Shown in pieces: positions 12,141 through 23,087 of a DNA stretch of 41,251 nt. Position 1 is the stretch's first letter; each line of letters opens with the position of its first letter. The position numbers and the translations under genes were made by a program. The notes below the pieces were generated by a model. It did not search any database, was not told the origin of the DNA, and saw only the letters and a list, made by a program, of their open reading frames with translations. The stretch is from Octopus sinensis (taxonomy: Eukaryota): positions 1-41,251 of the forward strand of contig NW_021835310.1 of NCBI RefSeq assembly GCF_006345805.1, read 5' to 3'.

Positions 12141-12715
12141 CCTTCAAACTCTGCTTGTTGTTCTTTCACCTGTCTTCGTCGTTTGTTTTCTGTAAATTTG
12201 AACTACACACACGCGCGCGCGCGCGCGCGCACACACACACTCACACACACGCACACATACACACGCACACACATATATATATAGGTAAAAGATTAATGAG
12301 TGCGTGCGTTACATAAATAATATCTTCAGGATTAAATAAAAAGACAACAAACGGAAAATATGACATATCTATATATTTATAATTAAAAATAAACGTATTG
12401 TAAATAAACAAACGAACACATACTAAATGCACAGGCGAACAGAAAACACACAAGGTCACAAATTCTTCATCAGTTATCAGCAAGAAGAGTCAAACGCAAT
12501 TTCGGGCATTATCGATAATATTGTTTCTTTCGCTGTTCGCAAAAAAGTTCGTATTCCATATTTTCGTATTTCGTATTTTCTTGTTTACCTTCTGTGACGT
12601 CCTGAACCCATATATGCATATGTATATACATATATGTAAGTATATACATACACATACATACATACATAATACATACATACATAATACATACATACATACA
12701 TACATACATACATAC

Positions 12716-12755
<40 letters not shown>

Positions 12756-12903
12756 AATTAAGGACTGAACACGAAAAGGTGGACAGTCAACATGCTAGAT
12801 ATAGACGTCAATCGCCATTCTCCACAAGGATTATGTTCTCAAATAAAAATAAAATTCAGCACGACCTAAAGCAAGGATGAGATAAAGAAATATACTAAAT
12901 GGA

Positions 12904-12979
12904 ATAATTACCTACGTACTGCAGTTTCAGCTATTAATATCACAAGGATATCTGTAGCTTCATCAGCGTAGTTTGTTAT
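12904..12979 (-). ncRNA. Type I hammerhead ribozyme, minimal palindromic stem III (copy 1)
   Basis: Minus strand: ctacg CTGATGA agcta-ca-gatatc-cttgt-gatatt-aa-tagct GAAA c-tgca-g TA | cgtag. Stems I and II pair; ACTGCAGT is a palindrome; predicted cleavage after GUA between 12917 and 12916. Confidence 0.88.
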
Positions 12980-13414
12980 GAGCATAATATGCTGTACTAG
13001 ATGAAAAACGGTACCGGAGTCCCGCATGCAAAAAGTACAACCTATTACGTTCGGATGTATCTTTCGAATGCCTCTACTTTTGGCGCGCTGATAATCGAAA
13101 AACTAGCCTGCAGCCAATAATTAGCAGCAGTCAATTTATCGGTTTGAGAACATATATTTCATATTTAAAAATTAAGGGTAGGTAGAAATTGATATTAGTC
13201 AATTAAAACCAGTGGTCTAGACACATTAAAAAGAATCCGAAGATATTAAAATATTTATATATACCAATTAAGGACTGAACACGAAAAGGTGGACAGTCAA
13301 CATGCTAGATATAGACGTCAAATCGCCATTCTCCACAAGGATTATGCTCAAATAAAAATAAAATTCAGCACGACCTAAAGCAATGGATGAGACAAAAGAA
13401 ATATACTAAATGGA

Positions 13415-13490
13415 ATAATTACCTACGTACTGCAGTTTCAGCTATTAATATCACAAGGATATCTGTAGCTTCATCAGCGTAGTTTGTTAT
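13415..13490 (-). ncRNA. Type I hammerhead ribozyme (copy 2)
   Basis: Same sequence as copy 1; predicted cleavage between 13428 and 13427. Confidence 0.88.
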
Positions 13491-13918
13491 GAGCATATAA
13501 TATGCTGTACTAGATGAAAAACGGTACCGGAGTCCCGCATGCAAAAAGTACAACCTATTACGTTCGGATGTATCTTTCGAATGCCTCTACTTTTGGCGCG
13601 CTGATAATCGAAAAACTAGCCTGCAGCCAATAATTAGCAGCAGTCAATTTATCGGTTTGAGAACATATATTTCATATTTAAAAATTAAGGGTAGAAATTG
13701 ATATTAGTCAATTAAAACCAGTGCTGAATTTTATTTTTATTTGAGAACATAATCCTTGTGGAGAATGGCGATTTGACGTCTATATCTAGCATGTTGACTG
13801 TCCACCTTTTCGTGTTCAGTCCTTAATTGGTATATATAAATATTTTAATCTTCGGATTCTTTTTATGTGCTAGACCACTGGTTTTAATTGACTAATATCA
13901 ATTTCTACCCTTAATTTT

Positions 13919-13989
<71 letters not shown>

Positions 13990-14061
13990 TATATATATAT
14001 GACATTATCTATAAACATTACAATTGTTTCGACACATTTTTACACTTGTTCATTGGTGAGA

Positions 14062-14381
14062 TGTTGTGTAATCATTATCACCAATTCAAGGTGTGAAATG
14101 CACCTTCTTTGAGTAAGACTTTATACGAGCTTTATATAGCATACCACAAGGGTTTTACCAGTATATTTACTCGCGTATGGTGTATATATAAAAGCGGAGC
14201 AAGAGTACACACACGAAGACAGAAAGTGTCGCTGAAGAGTTCACAGAGGTGTGACGAAAGATTTCCGGACGATAACATAAATTAGAATAAGAACAGTAAT
14301 AAATGAGTGAAAAGGGAATTATATAGTGCGCCTGTTTATTTGGCAAAAAGAGGGAAAAAATAACTATCTCGAAATACAACA
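14062..14381 (+). mobile_element. Solo-LTR-like unit (320 bp)
   Basis: TGTTGTGT...ATACAACA termini (7/8 inverted match), TATA-like tatatataaaag near 14183, AATAAA at 14298; no TSD found. Confidence 0.4.
14225..14272 (+). ncRNA. Putative (possibly degenerate) hammerhead ribozyme
   Basis: gtgtcg CTGAAGA gttcaca-gagg-tgtgac GAAA gatttc cggacg. Both core boxes and stem II (one bulge) are present; stems I and III are weak. Confidence 0.45.
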
Positions 14382-14524
14382 ATATCTGTTTCAACGCACG
14401 GTTTCACATCAAGAATCTTGCAGCACACATATATAAAAGGATATATTTACAGAAAACAACAAAAGACGAAGACAGGTGCAGGAATAACAAGCAGGTGCAT
14501 TAGTTTGACTGAATATATATAGAG

Positions 14525-14625
14525 AATACCAAACGAGTTCCCTATGGATACCGTATTTATTACAACGAGTGGCTTGTAAACGAGTTGTAATAAATACGGT
14601 ATCCATAGGGAATCAGTTTGGTATT
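14525..14625. repeat. Long hairpin/palindrome in a probable non-autonomous DNA element
   Basis: 29-bp perfect arms 14538-14566 / 14584-14612 around a 17-nt loop, plus outer 10-bp arms aataccaaac / gtttggtatt. Confidence 0.85.
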
Positions 14626-14886
14626 TTATTTATTACACACGAATAAACGACCATATTTTATTAACCCAATAACTAAATTCTTCACGTTTAGTTGTAACTT
14701 ATGAATGACAAAAGTAGTGCCGTCACCGTGACGTCGGGTCATCACCATGGATTGACCAATCCAGAAGCAGCGCTGTCCAGTGACCTCGGGTCATCACCAT
14801 GGATTGACCAATCAGAAGCAGCGCTCGCAGATAGGACATATGTTAGATACCAAAAATATCTCAAAGTGTTCTCACTCAATGTGTGT

Positions 14887-14942
<56 letters not shown>

Positions 14943-14988
14943 ATATATATATATATTTAGTGTTGGAAGAAACGAAGATTTAACAAAA

Positions 14989-15093
14989 TTCCTTTTTATT
15001 ATTTTCTACATATGTTTCAAAGGCTGCAAAGTCCCTAATTCGGATTGAATAAGGAGTCCATTTTGCAGCCTTCTCTTCAGGAAAATCCAGGAA
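14989..15093 (-). ncRNA. Type I hammerhead ribozyme, family 2, diverged copy
   Basis: Minus strand: ttcctggattttc CTGAAGA gaaggctgcaaa...tttgcagccttt GAAA c-atat-g TA | gaaaat...aggaa. 12-bp stem II; predicted cleavage between 15007 and 15006. Confidence 0.78.
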
Positions 15094-15483
15094 CTTAATT
15101 CCCCACAAAATGCACAGCAAGCTTTTCACAACGCTCACGAGGAGCCCATGGAATAAATGGCACAAACTGTCTATCTATATGCGTTGACGCCAGGCTGGGT
15201 GAAAGCAGACGAGAATGTCCGTTAAGATAGTTCAAGGTCAGAATCCGGTTAGGAGAAGGGGGGTACAGGAAAATCAAAGAGTGTGAATGTATTCTGTATG
15301 ACTGGTGTTTATATTTGAATTATTTTAAGAATGAGTGCTAGAGTGTTTGAGTGGGAGAAATTGCTTTCATGTATGTGTGTGTGCGTCTATGTATGTGTGG
15401 CAGTGTGTTTCGAAGGCAGCAAGAGAGATATATAGCAGGTATTAATGGTCAAGCAACAGAAAAGACTGTATATATATATATAT

Positions 15484-15659
15484 AAATTAGAAAAAAAACA
15501 CCTTTTATCAATTCATGATATATACGATTTATTTATTATTTCGCACATTACTTAATCATCGGTATATTATTATTTTATATTTAATATTTCTATTATATGT
15601 AATTTTCCAGATGGTGTAATTTAATTGTTCATTTTGAATTGATAAAAGGTGTGTTTTTC

Positions 15660-15665
<6 letters not shown>
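15484..15665. mobile_element. MITE-like element with about 35-bp imperfect TIRs in (TA)n
   Basis: aaattagaaaaaaaacaccttttatcaattca ... tgaattgataaaaggtgtgtttttctaattt. Confidence 0.7.
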
Positions 15666-15697
<32 letters not shown>

Positions 15698-15793
15698 TTC
15701 GTGAAATTTGAATTAGTATTTCTAAATTGAATTTTTCCCTGTAAGTTATGTATAATATTCCCTCAAATTTTATATATATATACACGGTATATA

Positions 15794-15880
<87 letters not shown>

Positions 15881-15947
15881 TATATACATACATATATTAT
15901 ATATATATACATATATACATACATTATATATATATATAATATACATA

Positions 15948-18434
15948 CATCATCATCATCATTTAACGTCCGCTTTCCATGCTAGCACGGGTTGGACGAT
16001 TCAACTGGGGTCTGGGGAGCCCGAAGGCTGCACCAGGCCAGTCAGATCTGGCAGTGTTTCTACAGCTGGATGCCCTTCCTAACGCCAACCACTCCGAGAG
16101 TGTAGTGGGTGATTTTATGTGCCACCGACACAGGTCCCAGACGAGGCTGGCGAACGGCCACGCTCGGATGGTGTTTTTTATGTGCCACCGACACAGGTGC
16201 CAGACGAGGCTGGCAGACGGCCATGCTCGGATGGTGTTTTTATGTGCCACCGACACAGGTGCCAGATGAGGCTGGCGAACGGCCACGATCGGATGGTGTT
16301 TGTTACGTGCCCACAGCACGATGGCCAGTCGATGCGGTACTGGCTACGGCACGTTCGGATGGATTTCTTGTGTGCCACGGCACTGGTACCACAAAGATAC
16401 AAATTCATTGATGTTCATCTATTTTGATTTGTTTTGATTTTGATTTTCACTTGCCTCCACAGGTCTTCACAAGTGTCACAAGAAGGAAGGTATGCACAGG
16501 TGGACTGACTACGTCCCAGGTAGGGGCACGGGTTATGGCCTGACTAGTCTTGCGGGTCTTCGGATGGTGTTTATGTGCCACCGACATAGGTGCCAGATGA
16601 GGCTGGCCACGATCGGATGGTGTTGTTACGTGCCCACAGCACGGAGGCCAGTCGATGCGGTACTGGCTACGGCCACGTTCGGATGTTTTCTTGGTGCCAC
16701 CGGCACTGGTACCACAAGATACAAATTCCATTGATGTTCATCTATTTTGATTTGTTTTGATTTTGATTTTGATTTTCACTTGCCTCAACAGGTCTTCACA
16801 AGTGTCACAAGTAGGAATTTATGCACAGGTGGACCGACTACGTCCCAGGTAGGGGCCACGGGTTATGGCCTGACTAGTCCTGAGGGTCCTCTCACGCACA
16901 GCACACTTCCATAGGACTCGGTCACTAGTCATTTCCTTGGTGAGACCTAAAGTTCGAAGGTCGTGCTTCACCACCTCGTCCCAGGTTTTCCTGGGTCTAC
17001 CTCTCCCACAGGTTCCCTCAACTGCTAGGGTGTAGCACTTTTGCACACAACTATCTTCAGCCATTCTCGTCACATGACCATACCAGCGCAGCCGTCTCTC
17101 TGCACACCCACAACGACGCTTCTTAGGTTCAACTTTTTCTCAAGGTACTCACACTCTGACGATTATGAACACTGACATTACACATCCATCGGAGCATAAC
17201 TGGCTTCATTTCTTGCGAGTTACGCATATCCTCAACAGTCACGGCCATGTTTCACTACCCGTAGCATGGCTGTACGTACACATGCATCATACAGTCTGCC
17301 TTTTACTCTTAGCGAGAGGCCTTTTGTCACAGCAGGGGTAAGAGCTCTCTAAACTTTGCCCAGGCTATTCTTACTCTAGCAGTTACACTTTCAGCACACC
17401 CACCCCCGCTACTGACTTGGTCTCCTAGGTAGCGGAAGCTATCAACTACTTCTAGTTTGTCTCCCTGGAACGTGGTAGAAGTTGTGTCTCTGCACATTTC
17501 CAGTGTTTATGCTCCTGAGCATCTGCCACAGACAAACAATTTTCTAGTTAGCCTTCCTTTGACATTGCTGCGCCTCTTATGTGTCCATAGCTTACACTGG
17601 TGCACCTTATAGAGTTTCTACCTACACCTTTTTTACAGATCGAGCAGGGCCATCTACCTGAAGTCGTTTGTGATTGGTCCACCTTCCTATTATTAGGACT
17701 TTGGTTTTGGCTAGGTTGATTCTAAGCCCTTCGATTCTAATCCTTGTTTCACACCTGAAAATTCTCCTCCTTTCTGATAGTGACTCAGCAATTAGAGCAA
17801 GGTTATCAGCATAGAGGAGCTCCCAGGGGCATCCTGTCTTGAATTCTTCCGTTATTGCCTGGAGGACTATGATAAATAGGAGGGGACTGAGGACTGAACC
17901 TTGGTGGACCCCAACCTCTACCCGGAATGCTTCACTGTACTCGTTGCCAACCCTCACCTTACTAGCAGCGTCTCTGTACATGGCTCGCACAGCTCTCACT
18001 AACCATTCATCTATCCCTAGTTTCCTCATTGACCACCAGATAAGGGATCGGGGGACCCTGTCAAAGGCTTTCTCCAAGTCAACAAAAGCCAGATACAAGG
18101 GCTTATCTTTGGCTAGGTATTTCTCCTGCAGCTGTCTTACCAGGAATATAGCATCAGTAGTACTTTTCCCTGGCACGAACCCAAACTGCATATCATCTAA
18201 GCTAACTCTCTCTCTAATCAATTGGGCTATAACCCTCTCCGTAACCTTCATTACCTGATCCGGCAGCTTGATGCCCCTGTAGTTATTTGTATCTAGGGCG
18301 TCGCCTTTACCTTTGTAGCAGTTGACTATTATGCTGGTACACCAGTCATTGGGTATGACTCCTTCGTGTATCACCTGGTTAACTATACGGGTGACTAAGC
18401 TATAGCCGACACTACCAGATATTTTGAGCATCAC
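15948..18434 (-). mobile_element. 5'-truncated RTE-clade LINE
   Basis: (GAT)n 3' tail at 15948-15963; long repeat-containing 3' UTR with the ggatgcccttcct motif; RT remnant; C-terminal RLRWYGHV..RM..RGRPRKTW motif; 5' end cut at (TA)n. Confidence 0.93.
16880..18434 (-). pseudogene. Reverse transcriptase pseudogene (RTE ORF2 C-terminal part)
   Basis: ORF 17622-18434 has YRGIKL, QFGF.PGKST.DA, FVDLEKAFDRV and GVHQGSVLSPLLF. The YADD motif is mutated to YADN; frameshifts follow; the 16819-17073 frame has CGRGRPRKTW. Confidence 0.92.
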
Positions 18435-18502
<68 letters not shown>

Positions 18503-18544
18503 ATACTGTATATATATGCGTATGTGTGTATATATATATATATA

Positions 18545-18677
18545 TCTTTATATATAAAGTGAAGTTGGGTCTGTCTCCTACGATTTAGATTCCTAACTAC
18601 TCCCTCATTTTGCGGTGCAGGTCTAACCAAAAGCGGGTATCTTATAGTCGTGATTCATATCGAGCCCTTCTGGGTAA
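18545..18677 (+). mobile_element. 5' fragment of the Helitron family
   Basis: A|TCTTTATATATAAAG start and about 130 bp matching 10508; ends in microsatellite. Confidence 0.8.
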
Positions 18678-18701
18678 TATATATAAATAAAATTGTAAGC
18701 T

Positions 18702-18738
<37 letters not shown>

Positions 18739-19192
18739 GTGAGTGTGTGTGTGTGTGTGTGCGTCTGTGTGTGCGTCTGTGTGTGTGTGATGGTGCGTGT
18801 GTGTCTGTGTGTGTCTGTGCGTGTGTGTGAGTGTGTGACAGGGATGAGCAAGTCAAACTGGTCATCCTTTTTGCTAGATCACCTAACATCTAAAGTTATC
18901 TCTAAGTAGCAGTCGCCCAAAAGTGTATATAGACACACATGTATGTATAATGTGTGTGTGTATATTTCCATAGAGGTAACCATTCACTCCATACAAAGTT
19001 ATTTAGGACGAATTGGACGAATATAAGATCTAAAGTATATCCAAGTAGCAGAAAGATCGCCCAAAAGTGTATATAGATATTTAAATGTATTTATATATTC
19101 ATCTATACACACATGTATGTATAATGTGTGTGTGTATATTTCCATAGAGGTAACCATTCACTCCGCACAAAGTTTTTTAGGACGGACAAAAA

Positions 19193-20044
19193 TCTTTATA
19201 TATAAAAGAAAGGTTTGTGTCTGTCTACTCTCCGATTTAGATTCCTAACTAACTACTCACCACATTTTGCGATGCAGTTTAACCAAACCGGGTATCTTAT
19301 AGTCGTGATTCATATCGAGCCCCTCTGCGTATTAGCGCGCGTCTATGCTGAGTCTACGATTTTAAAAATAATTTACCATCATTTTTTTCCATTTTAATGC
19401 ATATTTTTTTAAATAAAGGGAAGTAACACTCAAACTTCACACCAATATGCGTGCTCATATGCGACGTAATATCACATCAGCAGCATTTCCTCACACCATC
19501 CTTGCACTTGGCGAAGGCAAAATACCAGGGTATGAAAATGGTAATATTGCCATCGATTCCATTTGTACCATTGTTAAGACGCCTTCTGATCTCAGAGATG
19601 CAGTGTTCCCAGATCTACAAGCTAATTATCAGAATATGGATTGGATTGGCAAAAAGGCTATACTGGCCCCGAGGAATAAAACTGTTCACCATATTAATGA
19701 TGAAATGCTAAAACTCATTCCTGGGGAAGTCTATGTATATCAGTCTATCGATACAACTCCTGACCCAGAGGACGCCATCAACTATCCAATAGAGGTACTC
19801 AATTCCTTTGAGCACCCCGGACTACCACCACACTTTCTCAAACTTAAAGTTGGTGCCCCTATAATGCTCATCAGAAATTTGGTTCCCCCAAAACAATGCA
19901 ATGGCACACGTTTGATCGTTAAGTCCTTATCTCCCACCGTAAACTTATATCAATATTTGCCTGAATAATCATCATAATTCAGTGCAATCATTGACAGTAC
20001 TTTCAAGCAATTCAGCCCCGAGCAACGCCGGGCAATGCTGCTAG
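19193..20044 (+). mobile_element. Helitron internal-deletion derivative carrying a helicase fragment
   Basis: A|TC...CTAG|T termini, hairpin cccgagcaacgccggg; ends shared with the 396-bp family. Confidence 0.9.
19447..19968 (+). pseudogene. PIF1-like helicase fragment of Helitron RepHel
   Basis: KAILAPRNKTVHHIN...YQSIDT...YPIEVLNSFEHPGLPPHFLKLKVGAPIMLIRNLVPPKQCNGTRL matches the conserved Helitron/PIF1 helicase segment. Confidence 0.9.
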
Positions 20045-20298
20045 TATTGTCTGGATATATGTATGTATGTGTGTGTGTGTGTGTGTGTATACGTATGTAT
20101 GTGTAGAGACCTCTTTTGGCTCCACCTGAGTTTTGAAACTGAATGGGTAAATTTCCCCCTAACTATAGAGCCTTATTGTTCTGTTGAGGAACAATGTTGT
20201 TTTATTCAACCGATGGCCTTCCCAACATTTGATTGATGTATTTTCCTCTTGACCCATAACCCTTCTAGTTTGTAAAGAGTTTAAATAAATAATATAAG

Positions 20299-20934
20299 GG
20301 ATCTTTACCCTTTCAACGGCAGATCGAGAAATATAGTTTTTGTAACTAAACACTTTCAACCTTCGGACACTAACCCTAACCCTAGGTGTCATATAAAACA
20401 TATTTTACTTTTAATGTTACTCTTGACCGCGGCCATGCTGTGCATATCGCCTTTAATCGAGCAACTCGACCCCGGGACTTATTCTTTTTGTAAGCCCAGT
20501 ACTTATTCTATCCTTAACCAATGTATTGTCTGTTTTCATTTGAAATTATTAGCTGCATAGTGTTAATGTGACGTAGATAGCTATTTTGTGAGTGGGTAAG
20601 CAGTAAGCAAACAGCTGTGGTAGATGTGGTTATCATGGCAGTGGTGGTAGTGGTGACAGTGGATGTGTATGATGACAGCAATGATAGTGTTGGTGTTTTT
20701 GTAGAGGTGGTGGTGGTAGTGGTGGTGGTGGCGGCAGTGGATGATGATGATAATGATGATGATAGTAGTAGTAGCATTGATTATGTTAGGATGTCTCATG
20801 GATGGTAGTGTTGGTGTGTTGTGTGTGTGTGTGTATGTATGGATCAAAACAGTTTGATTCAAATTCTGTGGTTCTTATATATTCATACATGCATATACAT
20901 GTAGATGTATATAACATATATATTGTATGTAAAC

Positions 20935-20976
<42 letters not shown>

Positions 20977-21046
20977 GTATGCTCTATAATACACACACAT
21001 TATAAATATATACACATATATGCATGCATTAGAATATGTGTGTATA

Positions 21047-21092
<46 letters not shown>

Positions 21093-21467
21093 TGGCATAT
21101 GTTTGTATACATGTGTGTGTAGCTATTTAGGATCTACACAATTTTATATATACTACTCCACGAAGTTTATGATAAGCGAGATGTTTACATTTTAGTTAGC
21201 TATTTACATTTTTTCCGTTAACTACGTCACAAAATAGCTGTTTACGCCACAGTAACAATATTTTTGAGAAGCAGTAAATAATATGAGGCGAGAAAGAAAG
21301 AAGATCATTGGTTAAAATTCGAATTATTAAACAACGTTAAACTTAAAATTACAATTCCGTTTTCATTTTGGTTTACAATTATGTTTTCTTTTGACACATT
21401 CTACCAGTATACGAAGTTTCAAATTCTTTAGTTAACTAGAAATCTGGCTTTCAAAAAGAAAAGATCC
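20299..21467. mobile_element. MITE-derived element with GGATC termini, heavily interrupted
   Basis: Left end ggatctttaccctttcaacggcag resembles the reverse complement of right end ctggctttcaaaaagaaaagatcc; subterminal gacacattc..agtat.cgaagtttcaaa shared with 31042-31224. Confidence 0.5.
20420..20515 (-). mobile_element. SINE-B tail fragment
   Basis: gcggccatgctg...cgaccccgggacttattc...agtacttattctatc. Confidence 0.7.
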
Positions 21468-21512
21468 AATATATGTATGTATATAGATATATATATCTAT
21501 TATATATAGATA

Positions 21513-21556
<44 letters not shown>

Positions 21557-21599
21557 TATATATAATATATATAATGATAAAATATGTTATGTATATATG

Positions 21600-21642
<43 letters not shown>

Positions 21643-21742
21643 ATGTGTATATATATATGTATGTAGTATGTATGTATGTATGCATGTATGTATGTATGTA
21701 CGGGTATATGTATGTATATATGTATGTATGTATATATGTACA

Positions 21743-21773
<31 letters not shown>

Positions 21774-21784
21774 AACGTGTATAT

Positions 21785-21952
21785 CGCTTGACAACCAATG
21801 CTGGTGTGTTTACGTCCCCGTAACTTAGCAGTTCGGTAAAAGTGACTAGGCTTACAAAGAATAAGTCCTGAGTTCGATTTGCTCGACTACAGGCGGTGCT
21901 CCAACATGGCCATAGTCACATAACTGAAACAAGTAAAAGTTAAAAGAGTAAA
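21785..21952 (+). mobile_element. SINE-B 3' half with an internal deletion
   Basis: Matches 22385-22575; gatagaataagtac segment missing. Confidence 0.8.
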
Positions 21953-22068
21953 GAGTGTATACATATACACACACACACACATATATATACATACCACACG
22001 CACATGTATATATATGTATACCCACATACTCATATATACATATATACATACATACATACATACATACA

Positions 22069-22099
<31 letters not shown>

Positions 22100-22164
22100 C
22101 CACGCTTTGCTGTCGATTATGCATATATCAGTTAATCCTTCCAATTATATGAAAATATACAAAC

Positions 22165-22590
22165 AGGCGCAGGAGTGGCTGTGTGGTATGTAGCTTGTTT
22201 ACCAACCACATGGTTCCGGGTTCAGTCCCACTGCGTGACACCTTGGGCAAGTGTCTTCTACTATAGCCCCGGGCCGACCAAAGATTGTGAGTGGATTTGG
22301 TAGACGGAAACTGAAATAACCCCGTCGTATATGTATATATATATATGCGTGTGTGTGTTTGTGTGTCTGTGTTTGTCCCCCTAGCATTGCTTGACAACCG
22401 ATGCTGGTGTGTTTATGTCCCCGTTACTTAGCGGTTCGGCAAAAGAGACCGATAGAATAAGTACTGGGCTTACAAAAAGAATAAGTCCCGGGGTCGAGTT
22501 GCTCGATGAAAGGCGGTGCTCCAGCATGGCCGCAGTCAAATGTCTGAGACAAGTAAAAGAGAAAAGAAAGAGAAAGAGAAAAAGTATATT
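22165..22590 (+). mobile_element. Full-length tRNA-derived SINE family B
   Basis: A-box tggctgtgtgg, B-box ggttcagtcc, CORE-like ccttgggcaagt, internal (TA)(TG) tract, A/G-rich tail. Confidence 0.9.
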
Positions 22591-23044
22591 TATTGTTATA
22601 TAAAATGGGTCGATGCAAAACTATGAAATCCATTGATGTGTACTGCACCACATTATATTGATACCTCCAAAACTGGAGATTAAAGTCAAGAGCAGAATAC
22701 TCTCTGTGACATTCTCTACGGAAGACATTGCTAGCATCGTGCGCTTGCTATTAAATTAATAACATTCTTCAAACTCAGGATATTATATATAAACGTTGGT
22801 GTTTCGGAAAACATTTGTTCTCTGTCGACTTTAGTTATTGCACCAATTCCTAAGTTCAGGAGTGAATAGCTCATTAAGTAACTTTGTATGTTGGCGAGTG
22901 CATATCTTTGTGCCTAGAATAGCAATCGTCAACAAAATTGTATCATATTTTCACTGATATGTATGTGTATATGTATGTGTTAATGCATGTTCATATATGT
23001 TTGTGCAGGTGTGTTTTTCCATACACACACACACACACACACAC

Positions 23045-23087
<43 letters not shown>

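Larger units (their letters stand above)
12751..13925 (-). mobile_element. Non-autonomous HHR-bearing retroelement (retrozyme / Penelope pseudo-LTR-like): 510-bp tandem units plus an inverted arm, between (TA)n tracts
   Basis: Unit 1 is 12751-13260 and unit 2 is 13261-13723 (partial); 13721-13925 is the reverse complement of 13161-13371; each unit carries a hammerhead. Confidence 0.8.

Noticed and set aside
12320-12480. CTGAAGA and CTGATGA on the minus strand
   Set aside because: No stem II or GAAA at a suitable distance.
20368-20385. taaccctaaccctagg telomere-like repeat
   Set aside because: Only two units, inside a MITE end.
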